Source: Planctomycetota bacterium
GTDB taxonomy: Bacteria; Planctomycetota; SZUA-567; H5-PLA8
Length of the DNA: 64,000 nucleotides
Assembly (NCBI GenBank): GCA_038227875.1
Contig: JBBRPR010000007.1
Location: 1 to 64,000, forward strand
Direction of reading: 5' to 3'
The notes beneath the pieces are model-generated. The model had not been told where the DNA came from, did no database searches, and worked only from the letters and a program-made list of their open reading frames with translations. Position numbers and translations under genes: made by a program. Shown in pieces: positions 9,101 to 17,647 of the stretch (position 1 is its first letter; every line of letters starts with the position of its first letter).

Positions 9101-10767
9101 CGCACGACTCGATCAACGCCAGACCAGCGTTAACCCAAATTCTTGAACAGGTGGCCGAAGACGCGCCGCACCGCGGCATTGCCGTCTACGATCGGCGCGG
9201 CCAGAATGCCGAGCGCCGCACGTATCCGGAAATCGTCGAGCTTGCGCGCGGCCGCGCGGCGCGACTGGCTGCTGCGGGTGTGTCGCGCGGCGACCGACTG
9301 CTGCTGGCGCTGCCAACAAGTTGGGAATTGCTGGAGTCGTTTTTCGGCGCGCTGGAACTGGGCGCGTTGCCGGTGATGGTGCCGCCGTCAGGCCCCATGG
9401 GCAGCGCTGACGCGCATTTGGCGAAATTGGAAGCACTGATGCAGGTGCTTACGCCGACGCGGCTGATCTGTGATTCGGCGTTGCGCGATCATTTGCGGGC
9501 TTCCAAAGATTCGCCCATCGCGGGCGCCGCAGCGATGACCCCGACGGAACTCGGTGCGCTGAGCGCTGGGACGTACGCGCGCGGAGAATCTGACGGCAGC
9601 ACGACGGCCTTTCTGCAACTCACCAGCGGATCGACGGGTCGGCAGCGCGCCGTACAGGTCACGCATGCATCCGCGATCCACAATGCGCAGGCCATCGGCG
9701 ATTTCGTGAGCTGCCGCCACGACGATGTGGTCGTTTCCTGGCTGCCGCTCAACCACGACATGGGGCTGGTCGGTTGTCTGCTCTTTTCGATGGTCCACGG
9801 CATCGATTTGTGGATGCTGCGCCCGGAGACGTTCCTCGCGCGGCCGGCACTGTGGCTCAAAGCCATTTCATCGCGGCGCTGCAGCTTCACCCCCGCGCCG
9901 AATTTTGCGTATCAGCTCTGCGTCGAACGAATCGAAGCAGAAGAACTTCGCGGCGTTGACCTCTCCGCGTGGAAAATTGCAATCACCGGCGCTGAGATGA
10001 TCCGGCCGGACACCTGCACGGCATTTGAGCGGAAGTTCGGACCGTTTGGATTCAACGCAAACAAGTGGGTCTCCTGTTACGGCATGGCTGAATGCACGCT
10101 TGCCGCGACTGCGGATCGCCAGCACAAAGGCATCCGCACCGTCAAGCTGAACACCGAGAGTGCCGGGCCGGCTCAGGAAATTGTATGCACGGGCGGGACG
10201 GTCACTGAGACCGAGGTCCGTATTTCGTCCACCGCGACGCCGGGAGAATTTGTACCCGACGAGACGATCGGTGAAATCTGGGTGAAAGGGCCGGGCATCT
10301 TCGCTGGCTACTACAACAATCCCGCCGCCACCGCGGAGACGCTGCACGACGGCTGGCTGCGCACGGGCGATCTGGGCTTCTTAAAAAACAAGGAGCTCTA
10401 TATCACCGGCCGCATCAAGGACCTGCTGATCATCCACGGTCACAACTGGATGCCGCATGAATTGGAATGGGAGGCCGATGCCGCCACTGGCGGCGGCGGC
10501 GCGGAACGTTCTGGCGCGTTCAGCGTCGACGGCGGCCCCGATGGTGAGAAAGCTGTGATCGTGATCGAGTACACACCGATCGAAAATCGCACCCTGGCGG
10601 AGCTCGACCATGATGTGCGCAGTCGTGTGGGCCGGTTGCTCGGCTTGCCGCTGGCCGACGTGGTCTTCGTCAAGCGAGGCCAGATCCCCAAGACCACGAG
10701 CGGGAAAGTGCAGCGCGGGGAATTGCGGCGGCGGTATTTGGATGGGAAGCTCGAACGGTTGGCGTAG
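9097..10767 (+). CDS. Fatty acyl-AMP ligase (FAAL)
   Basis: FLQLTSGSTG, WLPLNHDMGLVG, PNFAY, YGMAE, RTGDLG, IPKTTSGKVQR; GTGA overlap with the upstream gene. Confidence 0.9.
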   Translation: MTHDSINARPALTQILEQVAEDAPHRGIAVYDRRGQNAERRTYPEIVELARGRAARLAAAGVSRGDRLLLALPTSWELLESFFGALELGALPVMVPPSGPMGSADAHLAKLEALMQVLTPTRLICDSALRDHLRASKDSPIAGAAAMTPTELGALSAGTYARGESDGSTTAFLQLTSGSTGRQRAVQVTHASAIHNAQAIGDFVSCRHDDVVVSWLPLNHDMGLVGCLLFSMVHGIDLWMLRPETFLARPALWLKAISSRRCSFTPAPNFAYQLCVERIEAEELRGVDLSAWKIAITGAEMIRPDTCTAFERKFGPFGFNANKWVSCYGMAECTLAATADRQHKGIRTVKLNTESAGPAQEIVCTGGTVTETEVRISSTATPGEFVPDETIGEIWVKGPGIFAGYYNNPAATAETLHDGWLRTGDLGFLKNKELYITGRIKDLLIIHGHNWMPHELEWEADAATGGGGAERSGAFSVDGGPDGEKAVIVIEYTPIENRTLAELDHDVRSRVGRLLGLPLADVVFVKRGQIPKTTSGKVQRGELRRRYLDGKLERLA

Positions 10768-10942
10768 TTCAAACCTCTCATTATTTCGAATGGGTTAGCA
10801 GCCGGTAATTTTACCGGGTGTTGGCTATTAACCAGCGGCCAAATTTGAAACTTGTCGCTCGCAAAGCCGCATCGAACGGCCATTGTGGATGTAACATTTG
10901 GGGCGGATTGCGCGGGGTGAAGTACCACACCTCCTCATAGGA

Positions 10943-10972
10943 GAATGTGACCAAATGTTACCGAATGTTACA
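10943..10972. repeat. Three tandem 10-bp direct repeats (RAATGTKACM)
   Basis: GAATGTGACC AAATGTTACC GAATGTTACA; inverted copy TGTAACATTT at 10890-10899. Confidence 0.6.
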
Positions 10973-11180
10973 TGAATTCGGGGTTTTTCAATTTCCCGTA
11001 CAACAGTGTTGTTGTACGTGGAGTTCGTATCAATACACACGTAACAAATCTCTCGCAAAGACGCCAAGACGCCAAGAACGGCACCGGCGGTTCGTAACGC
11101 GGGCGTGCCTGCCCGCGATACGAACTCTGAACACGAAGGGGCTATTCGGTTTTCAGAGAACCGTGGTGATTCAACTAATA

Positions 11181-11209
11181 ACTATAGACCGTGAAATGCG
11201 TAAAGTCAA
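11181..11209 (-). promoter_or_regulatory. Near-consensus sigma70 promoter with no convincing downstream CDS
   Basis: Minus strand TTGACT-N17-TATAGT with AT-rich upstream sequence. Confidence 0.6.
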
Positions 11210-11541
11210 CAGGGAAATTAGAAAAATATTAGGGATTGGACGCCCTGAGGTTTACCGGCGCTAGCAACGCACGCGCGGCTAGAAATGCCGCGAGCCTTAC
11301 TGGCATTATGGCGCAAATCAAAACAAGATTTGATCTCTCCCGAGGTCCGAAGAGATTAAAGCAATGCTCGTAAAAAGCGTTGGAGTGAAGAAATCAGGAG
11401 TGGAATCTCGCCCGAAAGAGTAACGCAGGCCAATAAAATATTGCCGTTCCGCAAGGCCGAACAGGGGTGCGTCTGTCCTGGAGCTTCTTGTTGCCAAGGC
11501 AACCCGGCCCGAGGGGCCGGGCCACCCCTCGCGGGATTATC

Positions 11542-11570
11542 AACGCGCCGCTTTTGGCGGCGCGTTTTCT
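11542..11570 (+). terminator. Intrinsic terminator, possibly bidirectional
   Basis: AACGCGCCGC-ttttg-GCGGCGCGTT followed by TTCT. Confidence 0.6.
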
Positions 11571-11604
11571 CGGTCCTCAGTCCTCAGCCCTTTTTGTTGT
11601 CCAG

Positions 11605-12426
11605 TCAGCCACCGTGGGGGCGCAGGGAGGACGGGTCGACTTCGTCCTTGGCGCGCTGGTAGCGGTAGTCGAGTGACAGGCGCAGGCGGTCTTGCGTGTG
11701 GTTGTCGAGGGCGCCGTGGATCGTGTAGCTGTGGAAGAGGACGATGTCGCCGGCTTCGTAGTCGGAACTCAGCCACTTCAGGCCCAGCGTTCCGGTGCGG
11801 ACGCCGTTGCCGCCTGCGCCGATGGCCGGCTCGTGTTTCATGAAGCCGAGCTTGTGGGAGCCTTCCAGCAGCGCCAGGCCGCCCATCTCTTGCGGGCAAT
11901 CGCCGATGGGAATCCAGGTCGTGAAGGTTTCCGGCGTGCCGCGAATGTAGAAGAAATCCTGATGCGGCTGCGTGGTGTTGCCATAGTGCCGCGGAAAGGT
12001 GATGCGCGCGATATTGCGCGGATGCGCCAGGATTTCGCTGTTCAACACAACTTCGAAAAGCTTGATGATTTCAGGAGACAGGGAGAACGAATTGAAGCGC
12101 TCAAGCTTCTGCAGCTTGCGGTAGAGCGTCATGTAGTCGCCGTGGTGTTCCGGAAATGGGCCGCCGTAGTAAACGCCATCCATCAGGGGCGCCGACGGCA
12201 ACAGCCAGCCGTGCTCCTGGCAGAGACCCAGCACATCGCGACGCAGATTCAGTAACTCGTCCTTGTTCAGCAGTCCCTTGAAAAACAGGTAACCGGAATC
12301 CGCCAGCCGGCGCTGCAGCTCCTCAGGCGATTTCAAAGCGTCGTTGGAGACCTGGTAAGGTCCATCGAGCTTGATGCGGTCGGCGAGACGTTCGGGCTGC
12401 GCGGGTTGAGCTACTGCGGTCATCAT
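11605..12426 (-). CDS. Phytanoyl-CoA dioxygenase (PhyH)-family Fe/2OG oxygenase
   Basis: PHQD (HxD), WIPIGD, GSHK, GDIVLFHSYTIHG, RLSLDYRY. Confidence 0.9.
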   Translation of the reverse strand: MMTAVAQPAQPERLADRIKLDGPYQVSNDALKSPEELQRRLADSGYLFFKGLLNKDELLNLRRDVLGLCQEHGWLLPSAPLMDGVYYGGPFPEHHGDYMTLYRKLQKLERFNSFSLSPEIIKLFEVVLNSEILAHPRNIARITFPRHYGNTTQPHQDFFYIRGTPETFTTWIPIGDCPQEMGGLALLEGSHKLGFMKHEPAIGAGGNGVRTGTLGLKWLSSDYEAGDIVLFHSYTIHGALDNHTQDRLRLSLDYRYQRAKDEVDPSSLRPHGG

Positions 12427-12496
12427 GTTCTCCTTTTGGTAGAATTCGCTAAGGTCGGCACATTCAGTTGCGCAAATAATACTCTCGACAGGCCCA

Positions 12497-12525
12497 TTGA
12501 CACAATGGACTCAAAGACATATTTT
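12497..12525 (+). promoter_or_regulatory. Putative sigma70 promoter of the AraC gene
   Basis: TTGACA-N17-TATTTT. Confidence 0.4.
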
Positions 12526-12559
12526 TGTACTATTCGACAAATCTTGAGGGATACCTTTT

Positions 12560-13447
12560 GTGCCCAACTTCGACCCGCTGAAGACCCCTCCCCATGTAAC
12601 CCTGGCGAACTTCTATCCGTTCAAGCCACAGGAGGTGGCGGCACCACGCTGGAGCGAGAGCAATCTGTTTCTGCCCGTCACCAGCGGCCGCGGCGTGGTC
12701 CAGGTCGGGCCGGAACGCTTCGAGCTTTCCCAGGGTCAGGTGCTGCAGATTCCGTGGGCTTCGCCGATCCACTATCGCGCCGATGCGCGCGACCCGTTTG
12801 TGCTGATCGGATTGCACTTCAAATATCTGCCGTGGTCGGACGTGTCCACTCCGCCGTTGCACACGTACACGAAGCTGGACATGTCAAAGCGATCGATGCA
12901 GGCGCCGCCGGTGCCGCAGCCCTTTGATGAGGCATTCGTTTTCACTCCCCCACCCCAGTCGCGCATTTTCGACACGGCCATCGCGATCGCCAAAGCGTTT
13001 GAACACGAACGACTGCGCAAATCTGATTCGGACTGCGAAGCGCGGCTGCGCGCGCTGGCGCTGGAATTTCTGATTCTCGTACGCGACCTGCGCCACGGTT
13101 CGCGCGTGCTGGACACGCATCCTCAGGCGGGCGTCGTGGCGGAGTTGATGTCCTTCATCGATCTGTCGTTCGCCCAGCGTCTCAAGCGCTCGGATCTGGC
13201 GGAACGCGCCGGCATTAGTGAATCGTCGCTGGCTTCCGCGTTCCGCGCGGTCACCGGAAAATCGCCGATCGATTACCTGATCGATATTCGCCTCGCGCAT
13301 GCTCGTACACTGCTGAGCGCCAGCCGGCAGCGCGTGAGCGAAGTGGCGGAACACGTGGGCATTCCGGACGTGTATTATTTTTCGAAGCTCTTTAAACGGA
13401 GGCTGGGCGTGTCTCCGTTGCAGTACCGGCAACAGAGGAGACTGTAA
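12560..13447 (+). CDS. AraC-family transcriptional regulator
   Basis: C-terminal double HTH ending YYFSKLFKRRLGVSPLQYR; divergent from the PhyH gene. Confidence 0.92.
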   Translation: MPNFDPLKTPPHVTLANFYPFKPQEVAAPRWSESNLFLPVTSGRGVVQVGPERFELSQGQVLQIPWASPIHYRADARDPFVLIGLHFKYLPWSDVSTPPLHTYTKLDMSKRSMQAPPVPQPFDEAFVFTPPPQSRIFDTAIAIAKAFEHERLRKSDSDCEARLRALALEFLILVRDLRHGSRVLDTHPQAGVVAELMSFIDLSFAQRLKRSDLAERAGISESSLASAFRAVTGKSPIDYLIDIRLAHARTLLSASRQRVSEVAEHVGIPDVYYFSKLFKRRLGVSPLQYRQQRRL

Positions 13448-13548
13448 TTGGCTCTTGGGAGTCCTGGCGGGACAAGTTGGTGCCAGTGCCTTGGCCGGAC
13501 GGATTATCGAATTGCGATTCCACTGCGATCACACTGGTACCAAAGTCA

Positions 13549-14406
13549 CTACGCAAACACCACCGTCTTTTGCTGGTGCAGCAACACGCGATCCTCGACG
13601 TGATATTGCAAACCTCTCGCAAGGACGGTTTTTTCGACGTCGCGGCCGAGGCGCATCATGTCTTCGGCGGAGTGGCTGTGGTCAACGCGGATGACGTCCT
13701 GATCGATGATCGGGCCGGCGTCGAGCTCCGCTGTGACGTAGTGGCAGGTTGCGCCGATCAACTTCACGCCGCGTTCGAACGCCTGATGGTACGGCCGTGC
13801 GCCGGCAAACGACGGCAGGAAGCTGTGATGAATGTTGATGACGCGGCCGGCGTACTTTTCGCAGAGTTCCGCCGGGAAAACCTGCATATAGCGCGCGAGG
13901 ACGACGCAGTCGGCGCGGTGTTCCGTGCAGAGGCGGTCGATTTCCGCGAAGGCAGAGGCGCGGTTATCCGGCGTAACCGGGACGTGGAAGAACGGAATGC
14001 GGTGCCATTCGACGAAGCCGCGCAAGTTTTCGTGGTTGGAGATGACGCACGGGATTTCGAAATCGAATTCCTGGTTGCGCCAGCGGTAGAGCAGGTCCGA
14101 AAGACAATGGTCCTGGCGGCTGACGAGGACGACGACGCGCTTCTTCACGGCCGAATCGGACACGTGCCATTGCATCTGAAACGGCTGCGCGACGACGGCG
14201 AATTTTTCTCGAAAGGTGTCAATGCCGAACGGCAGCGAGTCAGCAAGGATCTGCTGGCGCATGAAGAACCATTTCGATTCGTCGTCGGCGTGGTGATTGG
14301 CTTCGACGATCCAGCCGTTGTTCGACGCGATGAAATTGGCGACGGCAGCGACCAGACCGACGCGGTCCGGGCAGGCGATGGCCAGGGTGTAGCAGCGATG
14401 CTTCAT
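13549..14406 (-). CDS. purU: Formyltetrahydrofolate deformylase
   Basis: ACT domain CPDRVGLVA; INIHHSFLPSFAGARPYHQA; GVKLIGATCHYVT. Confidence 0.96.
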   Translation of the reverse strand: MKHRCYTLAIACPDRVGLVAAVANFIASNNGWIVEANHHADDESKWFFMRQQILADSLPFGIDTFREKFAVVAQPFQMQWHVSDSAVKKRVVVLVSRQDHCLSDLLYRWRNQEFDFEIPCVISNHENLRGFVEWHRIPFFHVPVTPDNRASAFAEIDRLCTEHRADCVVLARYMQVFPAELCEKYAGRVINIHHSFLPSFAGARPYHQAFERGVKLIGATCHYVTAELDAGPIIDQDVIRVDHSHSAEDMMRLGRDVEKTVLARGLQYHVEDRVLLHQQKTVVFA

Positions 14407-14444
14407 TTTCTCTCCAGTCGCGCCAATCTATAGGCTCGAACGGA

Positions 14445-14559
14445 CATTTTCCATTTTCCATTGATCATTTTCCATTTTTCCATCGGAACGACTGCGCGCA
14501 ATCAGACGGGCTCGTCGTTCAATGGAAAATGAAAAATGGGAAATGGAAAATGGAAAATG
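14445..14559. repeat. Inverted heptamer-repeat element (CATTTTC)n/(GAAAATG)n
   Basis: About five units per arm around an inner stem GAACGAC/GTCGTTC. Confidence 0.85.
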
Positions 14560-14628
14560 ACTCAGTGCTTGACAGGTAGCGTAAGATCAATTCTGATACT
14601 CAGCTTAACCTGAAAGCGAGGGACGTGC

Positions 14629-15828
14629 GTGGCTCAAGTCACTTTGAAAAATGTCTGCAAGGAATACCCGGGCGGCGTGCGCGCGGTGAATGATGCGAAT
14701 CTGGAAATCGCCGACCGCGAATTCGTGGTGCTCGTCGGGCCGTCCGGCTGCGGCAAATCGACGACACTGCGCATGATCGCGGGCCTCGAAGAAATCAGTT
14801 CTGGCACCATTTCCATCGGCACTCGCATCGTGAATGACGTGCCGCCGAAGGACCGTGACATCGCGATGGTCTTTCAGAATTACGCGCTCTATCCCCACAT
14901 GTCCGTCTACGACAATATGGCCTTCGGCCTGAAACTGCGCGGCCGTCCGAAAGAAGAGATTCAATCACGCGTCGATGAAGCGGCGCGCATCCTGGGCATC
15001 ACCGATCTGCTCGCGCGCAAGCCCAAGCAGCTTTCCGGCGGACAGCGCCAGCGCGTCGCAGTCGGCCGCGCGATCGTGCGCAAGCCGGCGGCGTTTCTCT
15101 TCGACGAACCGCTCTCGAATCTCGACGCGAAGCTGCGCGCGGAAATGCGCGTGGAACTCAACAAGCTCCACCAGAGCCTCGCGACCACGATGATCTACGT
15201 CACGCACGATCAGGTCGAAGCGATGACGCTGGCTGACCGCATCGTGATCATGAGCAAGGGCATCATTCAGCAGGTCGCCGATCCGTTAAATCTCTACGAT
15301 CAGCCGCTCAACCAGTACGTCGCCGCCTTTATCGGCTCACCGCCGATGAACTTCCTGAAGGGCAACCTGACGCGCGCGGGCGGAGGCGCGGTGGTCTTCA
15401 GCGACGGCGGCGGGATTACGGTGCCGCTAGTGCCGGAATTCACCAAGAAAGTCGAAAGCGCGATCGATAAGCCGGTGCTGCTGGGCATCCGTCCGGAGAT
15501 GATTTCGGACGCGGCCTCCGCGCGCTGGGCGAATTGCGTGAAGTTGGAAGCGCGCGTCGATGTCGTCGAAGCGCTGGGTGACACCAAAGTCGTTTATTTT
15601 TCGACGGCGAAGAATTCGTTCATCGGCAAGTTGGAAGGGCACGTCAGTGTGCACGTCGGTGAGAAGATGGAAGTCGCGTTCAACAGCGCCAAGTTGCACA
15701 TCTTCAACTACGTCTCGTCGGACGCGAAGGATACCGACAAGAATGTGAACCTGACCTGCACCGCGCAGCAGTACGAACCCGCTGATCTAACACATCTTCC
15801 GACCGCGCACGCGGCGGCGGCGAACTGA
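14629..15828 (+). CDS. Carbohydrate ABC transporter ATPase (MalK/MsmX/UgpC-type)
   Basis: GPSGCGKST, VFQNYALYPHM, LSGGQRQR, DEPLSNLDAKLR; TOBE-like C-terminus. Confidence 0.95.
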   Translation: MAQVTLKNVCKEYPGGVRAVNDANLEIADREFVVLVGPSGCGKSTTLRMIAGLEEISSGTISIGTRIVNDVPPKDRDIAMVFQNYALYPHMSVYDNMAFGLKLRGRPKEEIQSRVDEAARILGITDLLARKPKQLSGGQRQRVAVGRAIVRKPAAFLFDEPLSNLDAKLRAEMRVELNKLHQSLATTMIYVTHDQVEAMTLADRIVIMSKGIIQQVADPLNLYDQPLNQYVAAFIGSPPMNFLKGNLTRAGGGAVVFSDGGGITVPLVPEFTKKVESAIDKPVLLGIRPEMISDAASARWANCVKLEARVDVVEALGDTKVVYFSTAKNSFIGKLEGHVSVHVGEKMEVAFNSAKLHIFNYVSSDAKDTDKNVNLTCTAQQYEPADLTHLPTAHAAAAN

Positions 15829-15836
15829 ATAAAGGC

Positions 15837-15872
15837 GTTTAGCCTGGGCACCAATTGGTGCCCAGGCTAAAC
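15837..15872. repeat. Perfect 36-bp palindrome (terminator or REP-like)
   Basis: GTTTAGCCTGGGCACCAA|TTGGTGCCCAGGCTAAAC. Confidence 0.85.
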
Positions 15873-16011
15873 AAACGAAGTTGCTCAAAATTCACAAATA
15901 ATTCACTTTGTGCGCTTGAACAGTTCTGCACTCTATATATCTTAAATGCACTTCGTAAAAATTGTGTGAATTGTCAAGTTTGGGACTCACTAGCAGAGGG
16001 GATCACACGAC

Positions 16012-16995
16012 ATGGCTGCGGACAAGAAGAGTGCTCATCGCGGGTTGGTACTTGGCATCGATCTCGGCGGAACGAAGATTCTGTCGGCGGTCGTGAATCC
16101 CTACAACAAGATCGTGGCGAGCTGCAAGCGCGCGACACCCTTCGCCAGCAGCGAACGTGTGCTGACCGATGAGATCATCGGCTGCGCGGAAGAAGCGATG
16201 CGCGGCGCCAACATTACCGCCAAGGACATCAGCGGCATCGGCATGGGATCGCCGGGCCCGTTGAATCCGGAAACCGGCGTGGTTCTGCGCACCGGCAACA
16301 TCGCGCTCGAAAATTATCCGATCGGCCAGATTCTCTCCAAGCACTTCGGCAAGCCGGTGACGCTCGACAACGACGTCCACATGGGCTGCTTCGGTGAATT
16401 CAAAGCGGGCGCCGCGGTCGGCTGCCGCAATGTCATCGGCCTGTGGATTGGAACGGGCGTGGGCGGCTGCGTGATTCGCGACGGCGAAGTCGTGCACGGC
16501 GCCAACCGCAACGCCGGCGAAATCGGGCACATCATTCTCGACGTGAAGCAGCGCCTGGAAGACAAGAAGCGCGGCACGTTGGAAACGGAAGCCAGCAAGA
16601 CCGGCATGACCGAATTCATCCGCCGCAAGGTCAAGGCGGGCGCCAAGACGAAGCTGGCGAAGTTCGTCAAAGGCAAGAAGGACCGCATGAAGAGCGGTGA
16701 TCTGGCCAAGCTCTATAAAAAGGGCGACAAGGTTGCCGTGGCCGCCGTCGAACATTCGGCGCAGTACCTTGGCTTCGCGATCGCCAATTTGTTCAACATC
16801 CTCAGCCCCGAACTGTTCGTGATCGGCGGCGGCGTGATGGTGAACCTGGGCGCCGACTACCTGAAGCTGGTGCAGAAGGTCGCCGACAAGTACGCGTACT
16901 CGACGGAACTGGCGAGCATCAAGATCGTGCAGGCGACGCTCGGCGACGATTCCGGCGTGCTCGGCGCGGCCATCGCGGCGCGCGAACGGATCTAA
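16012..16995 (+). CDS. ROK-family sugar kinase (glucokinase-like)
   Basis: GIDLGGTK, LDND, GTGVGG, AGEIGH, GVLGAA. Confidence 0.92.
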   Translation: MAADKKSAHRGLVLGIDLGGTKILSAVVNPYNKIVASCKRATPFASSERVLTDEIIGCAEEAMRGANITAKDISGIGMGSPGPLNPETGVVLRTGNIALENYPIGQILSKHFGKPVTLDNDVHMGCFGEFKAGAAVGCRNVIGLWIGTGVGGCVIRDGEVVHGANRNAGEIGHIILDVKQRLEDKKRGTLETEASKTGMTEFIRRKVKAGAKTKLAKFVKGKKDRMKSGDLAKLYKKGDKVAVAAVEHSAQYLGFAIANLFNILSPELFVIGGGVMVNLGADYLKLVQKVADKYAYSTELASIKIVQATLGDDSGVLGAAIAARERI

Positions 16996-17036
16996 TACGA
17001 CAACCGATGAACGATGAGTTATGTATAATGAATACG

Positions 17037-17070
17037 GAACTGCAGGCGTTACGCCTGCAGTTCTTTTTTT
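17037..17070 (+). terminator. Intrinsic terminator built on a REP-like hairpin
   Basis: GAACTGCAGGCG-tta-CGCCTGCAGTTC plus a T run. Confidence 0.8.
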
Positions 17071-17530
17071 ATTGCTTGGGTTCTTTGGAGAGTTTGCGTT
17101 GGATCATCTGGATGCGGGCCGGATCGATCTCATCGCGATGCTCTTCCGAGAAAAGTCGATCCATTACCACGGAACCGACGACCATTCCAGTTGAGAGGAT
17201 AAGCCCGAGCAACGAGACTCCGCCCAGGCCCATCAGCATGGGCTCCTGCGTTTGACAGAATAAGGATCCGGTCAGTCCGATCCAAAGAACGACGAACAGC
17301 ATCGCGCGAAGACTGAATTGCGGTCTGACTCTGAGCTCATGAAAAATACCAATCATGAACAAAACGACGATGGCGAAACCGACGGCCAGAAGCCAGGGAT
17401 TCCAGCGCGCAAGAAACAACACGATGGGAAGTAAGATCACCAGTCTTCGTAAAAAGAAAAATCCTCTTGGCGGGTTGGGCTGGTCGGCGGTATCGGAATG
17501 TTCGTCTTGAAATCCAATGTTCATAGGCAA
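17069..17530 (-). CDS. Hypothetical membrane protein (about 4 TM)
   Basis: Hydrophobic segments; QFSLRAML motif; start uncertain. Confidence 0.6.
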   Translation of the reverse strand: MPMNIGFQDEHSDTADQPNPPRGFFFLRRLVILLPIVLFLARWNPWLLAVGFAIVVLFMIGIFHELRVRPQFSLRAMLFVVLWIGLTGSLFCQTQEPMLMGLGGVSLLGLILSTGMVVGSVVMDRLFSEEHRDEIDPARIQMIQRKLSKEPKQ

Positions 17531-17647
17531 TCAAGACTAGTGGACCGATAGCGCGAATGCTAAAGATTTCTGAGTTGGGCAAGCCCGATGGCGCAACACG
17601 AATCATCAGTTTAATTTCACAATCCGAGGTGGTAAAAGTTCGCGACC

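Noticed and set aside
10828..11264. Small ORFs 10828-11067 (-) and 10947-11264 (+)
   Set aside because: They run through repeats and hairpins with non-coding-like composition, so they were not called.
14445..14559. CRISPR array (also considered at 40398 and 41064/42266)
   Set aside because: No regular repeat-spacer periodicity and no cas genes in the window.
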